Assembly (NCBI GenBank): GCA_963707985.1
Contig: CAVPRW010000002.1
Coordinates: 96,001-160,000, forward strand
Source: an uncultured Nitrospinota bacterium
GTDB lineage: Bacteria > Tectomicrobia > Entotheonellia > J063 > CAVPRW01
DNA: 64,000 nucleotides
Reading direction: 5' to 3'
Shown here: positions 32,150-43,565 of the stretch, piece by piece
Numbering within the stretch: the stretch's first letter is position 1
Layout: every line of letters begins with the position of its first letter
Notes under the pieces: model-generated
Seen by the model: only the letters and a program-made list of their open reading frames with translations
The model's database searches: none
What the model was told of the DNA's origin: nothing
Position numbers and translations under genes: made by a program

Positions 32150-32660
32150 GCGATTCACATGGTGAGCGCGTGGGCCAATACGGAATCGCCTCGTGTTGGG
32201 CCAACTCAAAGTGGATGACAAGTCCAATGCAATCACGGCCATTCCTCAGCTCATCACGCTGTTAGACCTTGAGGGCGCGATCGTCACGATTGATGCGATG
32301 GGGTGTCAGAAGGACATCGCTCAGGCGATCACCGAGCAGGAGGCCGATGATGTCTTGGCACTGAAGGAAAACCACAAAACGCTCTATGACGACGTGGCGC
32401 TATTTTTCGCTGATGCCAGGGCCACGGATGTTGCCGGGATTGACCATGCGCACGATGAAACCGTCGATGGCGATCATGGCCGGATTGAAACCCGGACGTA
32501 TTGGATCACATCCGATATTGAGTGGTGAGAGGCTAAGGGCTCATGGGCCAAGTTACACAGCGTCGGTATGGTCGAGTCACGACGTGAAGTGGAGAAATCG
32601 GTCACGATCGACACGCGCGTGTTTATTACGTCCCTGCCCTGTGATGGTGTCCATATAGCC
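32150..32660 (+). pseudogene. Internal fragment of an ISAs1-family transposase
   Basis: HMVSAW, VLGQ, KSNAITAIP, VTIDAMGCQ, LALKENH and HGRIETR; in-frame stop at 32528. Confidence 0.88.
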
Positions 32661-33101
32661 ACGACATGGGGGTTGAGGGATATCGGACCGGTTAAAGAGG
32701 GTTCCTCTGCCGTGCGACGGTAACCGCCGTCATGCCGTGCTCGGCATGACCGGGATCGCGGCTGAAGAGCCGGCCTGGACATGCGCCGCAGCATAGGGTA
32801 GTGTTATGCGACGCATACATCCGCCACGTGGGCACACAGAGGCGTCACATGATAGTGGGATGGGCGTGGCCAGAGGGTGCAACGGCCTCTGCAGAACGCT
32901 GGCGCTGGGTGTTGCGGCACGCAGCAGAGGCGCTTCGGCGCGAGACGCCGTCGCCGAGATCGTCACTCCAGTCCTGTCGGACGATCGAGGCCGACGGCAA
33001 GCGTTGCCCGCGCGTCGAAGACCCAGCGACCGACGCGAGCGTATGACGCCCCGACGTACAGGGACGGGTCACAGGTCAGGTTAACCGAAAGGAGGCACAC
33101 G

Positions 33102-33929
33102 ATGCAGATCGTCGATTCACAAATACACCTGTGGGAAAATGCCAGAATGTCGCCGCAACACCGGCAGATCCCCACCTTCTCGATGGACGACGCCTTGCAG
33201 GAGATGGCGGCGGCCGGGGTCGACGCGGCGGTGATTCATCCGCCCAGCACGCTGGGCGAGGCGATGAACGCGCTGGCGGTCGACGCGGTGCGCCACCACC
33301 CGGAGAAATTCTGTATCCTGGGGAATTTCGACCTGCAGAGCCCGGATCGGCTCGATATCGTCAAAAACTGGCGGCAACGGCCGGGCATGCTTGGCTTCCG
33401 TTTCACCTTCAACCAGCCGCATCAGCAGAGCTGGTGGACCGACGGCTCGCTCGACTGGTTCTGGGCGGCGTGCGAGCAGGAAGGGCTGCCAGTCGGCACG
33501 CTGCCCGCTGGCCATATGGCCGATCTCGGCAAGATTGCTGAGCGCCATCCCAGGCTGAAGCTGCATATCGACCACCATGGCCGCGGCGGTGGTGGCGGTA
33601 CCGGGACCGATGATGCCGCCTTTGCCAATCTGGGCGAGATGCTGGTCCTGGCCAAATACCCAAATGTCGCGGTGAAGCTGTCGGGCGCGCCAAGCTATTC
33701 GAGCCAACCCTATCCCTACCGCAACATCCACCAATATATCCGGCAGATTTTTGACGCGTTCGGCCCGCAGCGCTGCTTCTGGGGCACCGATATTACCCGC
33801 ATGCCGTGCTCGTACCGGCAATGTGTGACGATGTTCACGGAAGAGTTGTCCTGGCTCCAGGGGCGCGACAAGGAGCTGGTGATGGGGGATGCCATCTGCG
33901 ACTGGCTCGGCTGGAAACGACCCCAATAG
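33102..33929 (+). CDS. Amidohydrolase-2 family protein
   Basis: IVDSQIHLW, HIDH, NVAVKLSG and RCFWGTD; AGGAGG RBS. Confidence 0.88.
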   Translation: MQIVDSQIHLWENARMSPQHRQIPTFSMDDALQEMAAAGVDAAVIHPPSTLGEAMNALAVDAVRHHPEKFCILGNFDLQSPDRLDIVKNWRQRPGMLGFRFTFNQPHQQSWWTDGSLDWFWAACEQEGLPVGTLPAGHMADLGKIAERHPRLKLHIDHHGRGGGGGTGTDDAAFANLGEMLVLAKYPNVAVKLSGAPSYSSQPYPYRNIHQYIRQIFDAFGPQRCFWGTDITRMPCSYRQCVTMFTEELSWLQGRDKELVMGDAICDWLGWKRPQ

Positions 33930-34025
33930 GACAGGCCTAGAGAGGCATGCCGGCGATCATGAGACAGTATGGTGTCTCTCGCCGGCCGTGCCAGAACTTT
34001 GGTATGCGCATCAGAGGGTGAGATC

Positions 34026-35072
34026 ATGCAATTCGGTTTGTTCGGCAGTGCGTCGGCCCGGCGCGGCGGTCCCGAGTTCGACAGCAGCGAGGGGTTCCGG
34101 GATTTCATCGATTACAACATCGAGGCCGAGGCGCTCGGCTTCCACAGCACGTTCGTCGTCGAGCATCACTTCACCGGCTATGGCCAGGTCTCGGCCACGC
34201 TCAATCTATTGACCTGGCTCGGCGCGCGAACGCACCGGCTGCGACTGGGCACTGCGGTGCTCGTGCTGCCCTGGCATAATCCTGTGTTGTTGGCGGAGCA
34301 GGCGGCAACCCTGGACCTGCTGTCCGGGGGCCGGCTCGATTTCGGCATCGGCAAGGGGTACCGATACAACGAGTTCGCCGGTTTTTGCGTGCCGATGGAG
34401 GAGGCCGACGCGCGCTTCGACGAGTGCCTCGAGGTCATCCTCAAGGCGTGGACAGCTGCCGAGCCTTTCTCGCATCGAGGCACATACTGGGCCTTTGACA
34501 AGATCGTGGTCGAGCCGCCCACGGCGCAGAAGCCGCACCCACCAATCTGGATGGGCGCCGGGGGTGAAGGCTCGATCCGCCAGGTGGCACAGAAGGGCTA
34601 CAATGTGCTGCTCGGCCAATATGCCTCGCCAGAGGATGTCGGTCGCTCCATCGCGGTGTTCAAAGAAACAGTCGAGGCGAACGGGCGCCGCTTTGATCCC
34701 CTGCAGGTCGGTGTGACCCGGGCCTTCTTTGTCACTGACAACAAGGCCGAACAGGAGGCCGCGCTGGAGCGCCGGCTGCAGAACCGGGCGCGTCAGTTGC
34801 ACCTGGCGACCCGGCCCGACGGCACGGTCCATGGCGGGCCGGACCGGGCCACCGGTGACCCGCGGATGGTCAACGAACGCAGCGCGATGTACGGCAGTCC
34901 CGACGAGATTTCGCACCAGCTCGAAGCGCTGCGCAACGCCGGGGTCGGGTATGTGCTGCTCAACGGCGGCGGCTCGGGCGGCGGCGCACGCGGCCGTGCA
35001 AGCCTGCGGCGCTTCGCACGCGACATCATGCCGCTCTTTGCCGCCGCTGCGCCGGAGCGTGTCGCTGTCTGA
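34026..35072 (+). CDS. Luciferase-like (LLM) flavin-dependent oxidoreductase
   Basis: VEHHF, LRLGTAV, DLLSGGRLDFGIGKGY and QKPHPPIW. Confidence 0.92.
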   Translation: MQFGLFGSASARRGGPEFDSSEGFRDFIDYNIEAEALGFHSTFVVEHHFTGYGQVSATLNLLTWLGARTHRLRLGTAVLVLPWHNPVLLAEQAATLDLLSGGRLDFGIGKGYRYNEFAGFCVPMEEADARFDECLEVILKAWTAAEPFSHRGTYWAFDKIVVEPPTAQKPHPPIWMGAGGEGSIRQVAQKGYNVLLGQYASPEDVGRSIAVFKETVEANGRRFDPLQVGVTRAFFVTDNKAEQEAALERRLQNRARQLHLATRPDGTVHGGPDRATGDPRMVNERSAMYGSPDEISHQLEALRNAGVGYVLLNGGGSGGGARGRASLRRFARDIMPLFAAAAPERVAV

Positions 35073-35515
35073 ACTGACGCCCCTGATGCCACGCCGCTGA
35101 GAGCCATACAACGGCACGGCGGGTTCAGCGGCCATAGTAGCAGCGCCCTGTGAACAGCCGTTCGAAGCTCCAGCACCCACAGTCCATAACAATTTATCAG
35201 TTTATCAGTTGGGGTATCTCACGTGGGAGGACACAGAGAGCTGGGGGAATGGGCGGCGTCTTCAGGCTGCTGCATCCTTTGTCGCCAAGAGATTCGTCAT
35301 AGCTCTGACGGCCTCGTGGCTGAGCCGTACTTGGCCGTTGAAGGTCCTCTCATTCCCCCTATACGATGAACACCCCAAGGGATAGCGTATTCTGGCGAAA
35401 TAGTGGCCGGTTTTCGACACATGGCCAGGTGACACGGTACGCTACCATGTGGTGTCGAAGAGCCTGGCGGGATCATCGCCATGGTCGCGCCCCCTCCGGA
35501 CGTCCAGAGGGGGCG

Positions 35516-36259
35516 TCAGGCCGGCGCGGCCACTGTAAGGCCACGCACACGGTTCTTTTCGATCAGCCGAGCCACCAGCCCTGTGGCCTTGATATCCTCG
35601 ATGAAGGCGCGCAGGTACTGGGCCCCCGCGGGACGACCTTTCGGCGTGCCGGCAGCCTGCTGGACCGCGGTGAAGCGACCAGCGAGGAGGCGCGATCCGG
35701 GCAGGGCCTCCTGGTCCGTGACGAGCCGCGGCCGAAGCCCAGCCAGGGCGTCGAGCCGGTCCTCGACGAAGCGCTTGAAGGCATTCTCGCCGCCTTGTTC
35801 GCGGATGAGCTGGGCGTGCTGCAGCGTGCGGCTCAGATAGAGCTCATAGGCGCTGCGGGCCGGTGCGGCGATGCGGATACCTGGGCGGTCCACGTCGGCG
35901 ATGCTCTGGAGCTGCGAGCCAGGCGGCACCAAATACGTCGCCTCGATCTCTACGTAGGCCGCGGTGAAGTCGATCGCGTCGGCGCGCTGCGGCTCAGCGC
36001 CGATCAACCCGACATCCCACACGCCGGTCGGGGCCGCGTCGGCCAGCTCTCCGGGGTTAGCGTAGGGCAGGAGCGCGACGGGGACGCCCAGCCGCTGCCC
36101 CAGCTCGCGTCCCAGGTCCGCGGCGAGGCCGCAGGGCCCGCCGGTCACCGGGTCTGTCGCGGTGAGCAGGAAATTGCTCATGTTGAGAGCCACGCGCAGC
36201 GTGCCGGTCGGTGCGAGCTCGGAACATACGACGGACATGCTATCGGTCATAATGGTCAC
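35516..36259 (-). CDS. Substrate-binding protein family 3
   Basis: ELAPTGTLRVALN, DVDRPGIRI and F.EDIKATG. Confidence 0.82.
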   Translation of the reverse strand: MTIMTDSMSVVCSELAPTGTLRVALNMSNFLLTATDPVTGGPCGLAADLGRELGQRLGVPVALLPYANPGELADAAPTGVWDVGLIGAEPQRADAIDFTAAYVEIEATYLVPPGSQLQSIADVDRPGIRIAAPARSAYELYLSRTLQHAQLIREQGGENAFKRFVEDRLDALAGLRPRLVTDQEALPGSRLLAGRFTAVQQAAGTPKGRPAGAQYLRAFIEDIKATGLVARLIEKNRVRGLTVAAPA

Positions 36260-36437
36260 CTGTCATGTTGGAGTGGCGGCATGGCGTCCCAGACAGTCGC
36301 CCCTGAGTCGCAGGCGACTAGAACGTGACGCGACGCGATGCTTGATCAAAAAGGGCTATGGGCAATCAAGCGCCGTTACACATGAACAATCCAATGATCT
36401 TCTCGTCCCTTTCTGTCCAGTAACGAGTCACAGGCGG

Positions 36438-37427
36438 CTACCGTTTCCCGATGGCCTCAGGATTCGCCACATTGATAGGTTTCCCCTCGGCAAAAGCGAG
36501 CAGCTGGTCGACGGCCAATGTGTAGAGGGCTTCGTAGCTGTCTCGCTCGGCATACCCTAAGTGCGGGGTACAGAGGACATTCGACATCTGCAGTAACGGA
36601 TGCTTCGCGCCGACGACCGGCTCTTCTTCGAACACGTCGACGGCCGCGAAGCCAGGCCGACCCTTCTGCAGTGCTGCGACCAGGGCACCTTCCGCAATAA
36701 TCGGGGCGCGACTCGTGTTGACCAGCAAGGCGGTCGGCTTCATGTGGCCCAGGTCATCTGCCGTGATGATGCCACGGGTCTCGCGATTGCCAGGCAAGTG
36801 CAAACTGATCACGTCGGCGTTCTCGAAAAACGCTTCGCGGCTTGCGGCGATCTCAAAGCCCTCAGCCTTAGCGCGTGCCGTCGAACCCTCGCGGCCCCAG
36901 CACACGACATTCATGCCAAACGCTTTCCCCACGCGCGCTACAGCGCCCCCGATATGGCCGAAGGCATATACACCGAGCGTGCGCCCGAACAGACGTTCGC
37001 CGACCGTTGAATGCCAATGGCCCTGCTTCAAGCGCTCCACTTCATAGGGAAGATGGCGTAGCGACGCGAGGATCATGCCCCACGTCAGCTCGGCAGTGGT
37101 GGAATAAGGGGTCCTGCCACCGCCGCTGGAGCCACCAGCGGAGACCACAATGCCGTGCTGGGTGCAGGCGGGAACATCGAGGTGGTTCGTGTTGCGCCCC
37201 GTCTGGCTGATGAACCTGAGCCCGGGCAACTGCTCGATTATCTGACGGGTCAGGGGTACACGCTGCTGCGTAAGCAATAACGCGTCGCATCCCGCGGCTT
37301 GCTCGATCACTCGTGCCGGGTCGGTGTAGGCCTCGGTATGGATGATGACCTCGTGATCCTTCAATCTGGGATAGGCACGGGTCCCGCGCAAGACATCGGC
37401 GTAGTCGTGGATCACAGCAATCTTCAT
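36438..37427 (-). CDS. D-2-hydroxyacid dehydrogenase family protein
   Basis: TAELTWG, ADVISLHL, LLVNTSRA, AVDVFEEEP and TPHLG. Confidence 0.92.
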   Translation of the reverse strand: MKIAVIHDYADVLRGTRAYPRLKDHEVIIHTEAYTDPARVIEQAAGCDALLLTQQRVPLTRQIIEQLPGLRFISQTGRNTNHLDVPACTQHGIVVSAGGSSGGGRTPYSTTAELTWGMILASLRHLPYEVERLKQGHWHSTVGERLFGRTLGVYAFGHIGGAVARVGKAFGMNVVCWGREGSTARAKAEGFEIAASREAFFENADVISLHLPGNRETRGIITADDLGHMKPTALLVNTSRAPIIAEGALVAALQKGRPGFAAVDVFEEEPVVGAKHPLLQMSNVLCTPHLGYAERDSYEALYTLAVDQLLAFAEGKPINVANPEAIGKR

Positions 37428-37876
37428 GGTGGTGTTCCCTCTCGTGTCCCATGGAATGTCCGGCTCCATGCTGGGATACCCCCGGGCGCCCGAGCTGGGC
37501 AAACACATGGCCCCCGGATCACCGAGCAGGAGCAAGCCTGTCAGCGGCGATTCGCATGTCCAATATGCGCCTGTGCCTGCCGATCAGCAGCACAGGGAAG
37601 GGTTCCGTGACATGGTTAGCAACGAATATTGGGTTCGTTGCATGATAGCATACAAACATGATGGCGTTGCCGACTTGTTGATCAGCTTGTACCCGCTTTG
37701 CACGGTGTGGCATACGCACCGCATGAAAACAGTTACGTCAGCCAACCGTTTGTCCGCAACGGACAGTCACTGGTCGCCCTACAGAGTATGTGTCATACAC
37801 ACCCTTAGCGTCTCTGCGTGGGGCACGTCCGCCGACTTTGTGCGCCCAGGGCGCGCGCTACGGCCCGCCTGACCCG

Positions 37877-39265
37877 CTACGCCCGTGTCGGCTGGCGCGG
37901 CACCAGCTTGACGGTGGATTCCGGCAGCTCCGGGCTGCCGCCGCAGGCACGACGTAGCTCGGGCATCACCTGCTCGGCGAAGAGGTACATCTGCTCTTCG
38001 ACCTCCGCACCGTGCAGGCCTGGCATCTCGAAGTGGCACAGGAGCAGGAAGTCCTCGGCGCCGACTAGTGCTTTCATTCGCAGCAGAGCGGCCGTCACCT
38101 CGTCGGCGCGGCCGACGAGCGCAGTCTCCTTCTGACGAAGCAGCTCACCGGTGACGCGCATGTCGAGCGGGTAGGGCGCCTCGTCCACGTCGGCCAGGCC
38201 GGCGGTGAAGCCGAACGGCCCGTAGTAGTTCCATTCCATCTCGAGCGCGCGGTCGATCCGCTCGATCTGGGCCTGCTCGTCGCCTGGCTTGAGGATGTGC
38301 ACCCAGGGACCAACGCTTAGGCCGCGCCGCTTCTCGGCGTCCCAGCCAAACTTGAAGGCGCCACGGTGCAGGCGGTCCGGCCAGCCTGCACGCTCGGACG
38401 CCTGGTGGTAGGTCTCGAACACCCGGCGCAGACGGGTGCGCGGGATGGCGTTGATGTTGCAATTGACGCCGTGCGCCGCGGCCCACTCGACCGAGCGCGC
38501 GCTGGCGACTGGCTCCCAGCACTGGGGATAAGGCTTTTGGACCGGCTGCGGGAAGAGGCTGATCTCCTTCAGCACAGTGGTGGTGTTCGTGACCGGGTTT
38601 CCACCACCGTATTGGTCTGGCGGGCCGATCCTCAGCACGTCCTCCAACCCTCGGCCGACGTGCGGCTGGCTGAAGTAGGCGATCGTCTGGGCATGGTTCC
38701 AGCGCGTGTAGGTCGGCGGGACAGTGAAGAACTGGCCCTGGTGCGAGAAAGACAGCTGGGTCCAGGCCTTGATGATGATGTCGTAGGCTTCCTGGAAGTA
38801 CGCCCGGTTGCGCTCCTGGTCCTGAATGCTCGAGCCATAGGGGAAGCCCAGGACCTCAACCTCGCGCGGCTGGTAGCCGCGGCCGACCCCGAACTCGACC
38901 CGCCCGCCGCTGATGACGTCGAGCATCGCACCCAGCTCGGCCACCCGCAGCGGATGCCACTGGGTCAGGATGTTGGTGGCCTGGCCGAGCCGGATGCGAC
39001 GGGTCTGGGCCGCGATCGCCATCTCGGCCATCAGCGGGTTGGGGCTGAACTCAGGCCCCTCCGGCTGAAAGTGGTGCTCGGTCATGAAATAGAAGTCGTA
39101 GCCGAGCTGCTCGGCCAGCACCCCCTGGCGGACCTGGTCAACCATGATGCGCTGAAAGCTAGCGTGCATGTCCTCAAGGTTGCCTCCGGCGACCAGCACG
39201 CCCGAGGGCGTGTCGGCGACCGACAGGTCCGAGGCGCCGTTCTGAAAGATGCCAAACTGGATCAT
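37877..39265 (-). CDS. LLM-class flavin-dependent oxidoreductase
   Basis: TEHHFQPEG, IRLGQ, DVISGGRVEFGVGRGYQ and PQPVQKP. Confidence 0.9.
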   Translation of the reverse strand: MIQFGIFQNGASDLSVADTPSGVLVAGGNLEDMHASFQRIMVDQVRQGVLAEQLGYDFYFMTEHHFQPEGPEFSPNPLMAEMAIAAQTRRIRLGQATNILTQWHPLRVAELGAMLDVISGGRVEFGVGRGYQPREVEVLGFPYGSSIQDQERNRAYFQEAYDIIIKAWTQLSFSHQGQFFTVPPTYTRWNHAQTIAYFSQPHVGRGLEDVLRIGPPDQYGGGNPVTNTTTVLKEISLFPQPVQKPYPQCWEPVASARSVEWAAAHGVNCNINAIPRTRLRRVFETYHQASERAGWPDRLHRGAFKFGWDAEKRRGLSVGPWVHILKPGDEQAQIERIDRALEMEWNYYGPFGFTAGLADVDEAPYPLDMRVTGELLRQKETALVGRADEVTAALLRMKALVGAEDFLLLCHFEMPGLHGAEVEEQMYLFAEQVMPELRRACGGSPELPESTVKLVPRQPTRA

Positions 39266-39990
39266 GATGGCTTACCTTTCCATGCTCGGGGATTGAGCAC
39301 AGTGTGCTGGAGGTGTGTCGCTGATTACGGCTATCATCCGGGCCAACGTCAGGGACTGGATACAGAGGCTCCTCTCCTCTTGCTAGAGGGGGTCACATCG
39401 AAATGACGCACGGTCGAGACATGTCTCTTATACCCCGAAGTGTCACGGTCTGCAAACCGTCGCAGCCGGACTCGCACATGCTGTGCAGGGCCTCTGTCCG
39501 AGTGCGGCAGCCATTCGCGGACAATGGCCCTTTCTTGAGCCTCAAAGGGTCACACTGAGGGCACTGCATCCCTCGCCCCCGTCCTAGCTACACCTCCCCA
39601 CAGAGGCTTCAGCGTCGGATGCCTGATGTGGTCCATAGTGGCCCAGAGGTGGTCCTGGACAAGACCATGCGCAGGCGGTTCTTTGGCGAGGAATAGACGG
39701 AACCAGGATTCTCTCCGCATTCGACTTTGGCCATGTTTCTCGACACCGGATACCAGGCCGCGAAGACGTGTCCAATGGGCACGCCGGGCCTCCCGCCGCG
39801 GGAGAAACGCAGACCGTCTCAACAGGTCTACGATGGCAGGATTGCCCAGGGTTTTTGGCATGACACTAACGATTGAGACATGCTTCCTACCGGTTTTGAT
39901 GCCAATACATTCCAGGTGATCATCTGTTATACTAAATTCCTATATCTCTCGCCTGGTTGTCGTATTAGAGCATCGACTCGGAGATCACTC

Positions 39991-41827
39991 ATGGGCTATC
40001 AGCCGATCGAAAACTATGGGATTATTGGCAATATGCGCACGGCGGCCCTGGTCGGTACCAATGGGTCGATCGACTGGTATTGTTTTCCGCGTTTCGATTC
40101 GACAAGTATCTTCGCTGCGATCCTCGATGACGCCAAGGGCGGGCGTTTCCAGATCGCTCCGACGATGCGCGGCCTCCGCCACAAGCAGTTCTATTGGCCT
40201 GACACCAACGTGCTGGTGACGCGTTTTCTGTCACCGGATGGCGTTGGTCAGATCACTGACTTCATGCCAGTCGGCGTCTCCGAGGCTGAGCCCGGTCACC
40301 AGTGGCTCGTTCGCCGTGTCAATGTGGTCCGTGGCAGCATGACATTTCGATTGGCCTGCTGTCCCGCGTTCAATTACGCCCGCGACCCGCATCAAACCGT
40401 CATCTTTTCGGGTGGGGCCTGCTTCCACGCCGCAGGCCTCAATCTCGAATTGGCCACGCGTGTGCCCTTGAAGCAAGACGGCAGCAGTGTGTTTGCGGAG
40501 TTTACCTTGCCGGAGGGGGAGGTGGCCGTTTTTGTCCTCCGCCAGATGCAACCAGCAAGGGGTTGCAGTCCGCTGCTCAGCGACGCGGAGACCCATACAC
40601 TCTTCCATCACACCGTGGACTATTGGCGCCGCTGGCTCGCCAAATGTTCGTATCGCGGGCGTTGGCGCGAGATGGTGCATCGCTCTGCCCTGGTGCTCAA
40701 GCTGCTGACCTACGAGCCCACGGGGGCCATTGTCGCTGCCCCCACCACGAGTCTGCCGGAAGAATTGGGGGGCGGGCGTAATTGGGATTACCGCTATACC
40801 TGGATCCGCGATACATCTTTCACATTGTATGCGCTGCTGCGGATCGGTTTCACCGCTGAGGCTGGAGAGTTCATGCACTGGCTGGAAGCACGCTGCCACG
40901 AAATCGAGCCGGATGGCTCGTTGCAGATTATGTATGGCATTGATGGCCGCCATACCCTGAGCGAGGAAATCCTGGACCATCTGGAAGGCTATAAGGGCTC
41001 GCATCCCGTACGCATCGGCAATGGCTGCCTACAAGCAGCTGCAATTGGATATTTACGGCGAGCTGATGGACTCGGTGTATCTTTACAACAAGTACGGCAC
41101 CCCCATCTCATATGACCTCTGGACCTACCTGAGGCAACTCGTCAACTGGGTCTGCGACAACTGGCAGCGTAAGGACGATGGGATTTGGGAGGTGCGCGGC
41201 GGACAACAACATTTCGTGTACTCGAAGATGATGTGCTGGGTCGCTGTCGACCGCGGACTCCGCCTGGCCGACAGACGGTCTTTCCCCGCCGATCGCGAAC
41301 GTTGGTTAAACATCCGCGATCGCATCTATGAAGACATCATGGCCCAAGGCTGGCATCCACGACTACAGGCGTTCGTGCAGCATTATGGCAGCGCGGCCCT
41401 GGACGCCGCCAATCTCCTGATGCCACTGGTCTTTTTTCTGTCCCCCACCGACCCACGCATGCTCAAGACGCTCGACGCCATCAATACTTCGCCATCGCGC
41501 GGCGGCCTGGTGTCGAATAGTCTGGTCTATCGCTATAACCTTCAGCAAACCCCAGATGGTCTGGACGGTATGGAAGGCTCGTTCAATATGTGTACCTTCT
41601 GGCTTGTTGAAGCCCTGACGCGGGCCGGAAAGGCCGATCGTCCTAAACTTGAAGAGGCGCAGCTGGTGTTTGAACAGATGTTGGGCTACGCTAATCACCT
41701 GGGGCTGTATGCGGAGGAGACCGGCCCCAGTGGAGAGGCTCTGGGGAATTTCCCCCAAGCTTTCACCCATCTGTCCTTGATTAGTGCGGCGTACAACCTT
41801 GATCGCACCCTGGGAGGCAGCGACTGA
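39991..41827 (+). CDS. Glycoside hydrolase family 15, one frameshift near 41020
   Basis: [36 protein letters not shown] and [10 protein letters not shown]. Confidence 0.93.
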
Positions 41828-42335
41828 GTCACAGCGACGGGCTGGTTGGAGAGCCTAGCCCTGCAGCGTGAAGAATGGCTGAGAATCATAGGGATTGGTT
41901 TGCTCATTGGATTGGTGGCTTCCATAAGCGTATCACTTTGAGGATCTGGTCGCCATGCCATCGGTGATCCTGGAAACTACCCTGGAGTGCATCAGCAACG
42001 AGATCGGCGATGGCTTGATGGGGCAATGCCTTATAGACAGGAGTGCCAATGCGCCTGCTCCTCGGGCTGGCGGGGCCGCGCCCGGAGATAAAGGAGGTCC
42101 TCTTGCATGCCGCAGATGGCTATACCGATACCATCGCGCTAGAAAAGGCCATGGACCCGACCACGCTAGCTTTGCACCAGAGGGCGCGACCGGGTATCAT
42201 TATATAACTGTGCGTGTCGAAGGCTAGGTGCCGTGCGCCAGTTTTTCACACCCTACCGAAGCCTCTCCCCTCGATGGGGCCGGCTGGGCGAGGGCAACAC
42301 GCTCTCGTCGTGCGTCGCTTGCAGGAGGATAACAG

Positions 42336-43451
42336 ATGAATCCTTTACTGGCTTTGCAGGACTACGGACAATCCGTATGGTTGGATTATATGCAGCGCCA
42401 TCTCATCACCAGTGGTGAGCTCCAACGCCTGATCGATGAAGATGGGCTACGCGGCATGACGTCGAATCCGGCGATTTTCGAGAAAGCGATTACTGGCAGC
42501 ACGGATTATCTCGAAGCCCTCAGGGCCCTGACCGGTCGGAGCCTGGACGCCATGGGCCTCTACGAGCAGCTTGCCATTCGCGATATTCAGGATGCGGCGG
42601 ACATCTTCCGTCCGGTGTATGAGCACACGCGGCGCGGCGATGGCTACATCAGCCTGGAAGTCTCACCGCATCTGGCTCACGACACCGAGGGCACTATCCG
42701 AGAAGCCCGCCGTCTCTGGCAGACCGTCAGTCGCCCGAATCTGATGATTAAGGTGCCCGCGACGCCTGCGGGGCTCCCCGCCATAGCACAGCTCATCTCA
42801 GAAGGCATCAACGTCAATGTCACCCTGCTGTTTTCTCAGGAAGTCTACGAACGCGTTGCCGAGGCCTATATCGCTGGTCTAGAGCAGCTTGCCGCCGCCG
42901 CTGGTGACGTCGGTGGGGTTGCCAGCGTCGCCAGCTTCTTTATTAGCCGCATCGATACCGCCATTGATGCGCAGGTCATGGCTCGGCTCAAAGCCGCCAA
43001 AAGTGCACAGGAACGGACCTTGCTGCGCAGCCTGCTCGGCCACGTCGCCATTGCCAACGGCAAGCTCACGTACCAACGCTACAAGACAATCTTCCAGGGA
43101 ACCCGTTGGGAGGCACTGGCGACCATGGGGGCACGGCCACAGCGGGTGCTGTGGGCCAGTACGAGCACCAAGAACCCAAAGTATCGCGATGTCCTCTACG
43201 TTGAGGAACTGATTGGTCCGAACACCGTCAATACCATGCCGCCAGCCACCCTGGAGGCATTCCGTGACCACGGGCAGGTACGTGCCAGTCTTGAAGAGGA
43301 CCTTGAGGCCGCCCACGATACCATGGAGGTTCTGGCGCAGGTAGGCATCTCGATGCAAGAAGTCACCGAGAAACTCCTGGACGAAGGCGTGCGCCTCTTT
43401 GCCGAACCCTTCGATAAACTGCTGGACACCCTGGCGCACCGCGGGGCCTAA
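42336..43451 (+). CDS. tal: Transaldolase
   Basis: GQSVWLD, GMTSNPAIF, MIKVPAT, NVTLLFS and LWASTSTK. Confidence 0.95.
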   Translation: MNPLLALQDYGQSVWLDYMQRHLITSGELQRLIDEDGLRGMTSNPAIFEKAITGSTDYLEALRALTGRSLDAMGLYEQLAIRDIQDAADIFRPVYEHTRRGDGYISLEVSPHLAHDTEGTIREARRLWQTVSRPNLMIKVPATPAGLPAIAQLISEGINVNVTLLFSQEVYERVAEAYIAGLEQLAAAAGDVGGVASVASFFISRIDTAIDAQVMARLKAAKSAQERTLLRSLLGHVAIANGKLTYQRYKTIFQGTRWEALATMGARPQRVLWASTSTKNPKYRDVLYVEELIGPNTVNTMPPATLEAFRDHGQVRASLEEDLEAAHDTMEVLAQVGISMQEVTEKLLDEGVRLFAEPFDKLLDTLAHRGA

Positions 43452-43565
43452 CAGCCATGGCAGCGTGACCGCTGGCCACGGGAGGCACAGGCAGCCAGGT
43501 GGTCAGAAGTCCCATTAGAGACGATGCACACGCCCAGGTCCATGGGATCTTATGAGGAGACACAC

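Noticed and set aside
34206..39406. Long opposite-strand ORFs (34206-35192, 35366-36328, 38366-39406)
   Set aside because: Antisense shadows of high-GC genes with clear family motifs on the other strand.
39550..39919. Short ORFs between the LLM gene and GH15
   Set aside because: No recognisable motifs or consistent coding signal.
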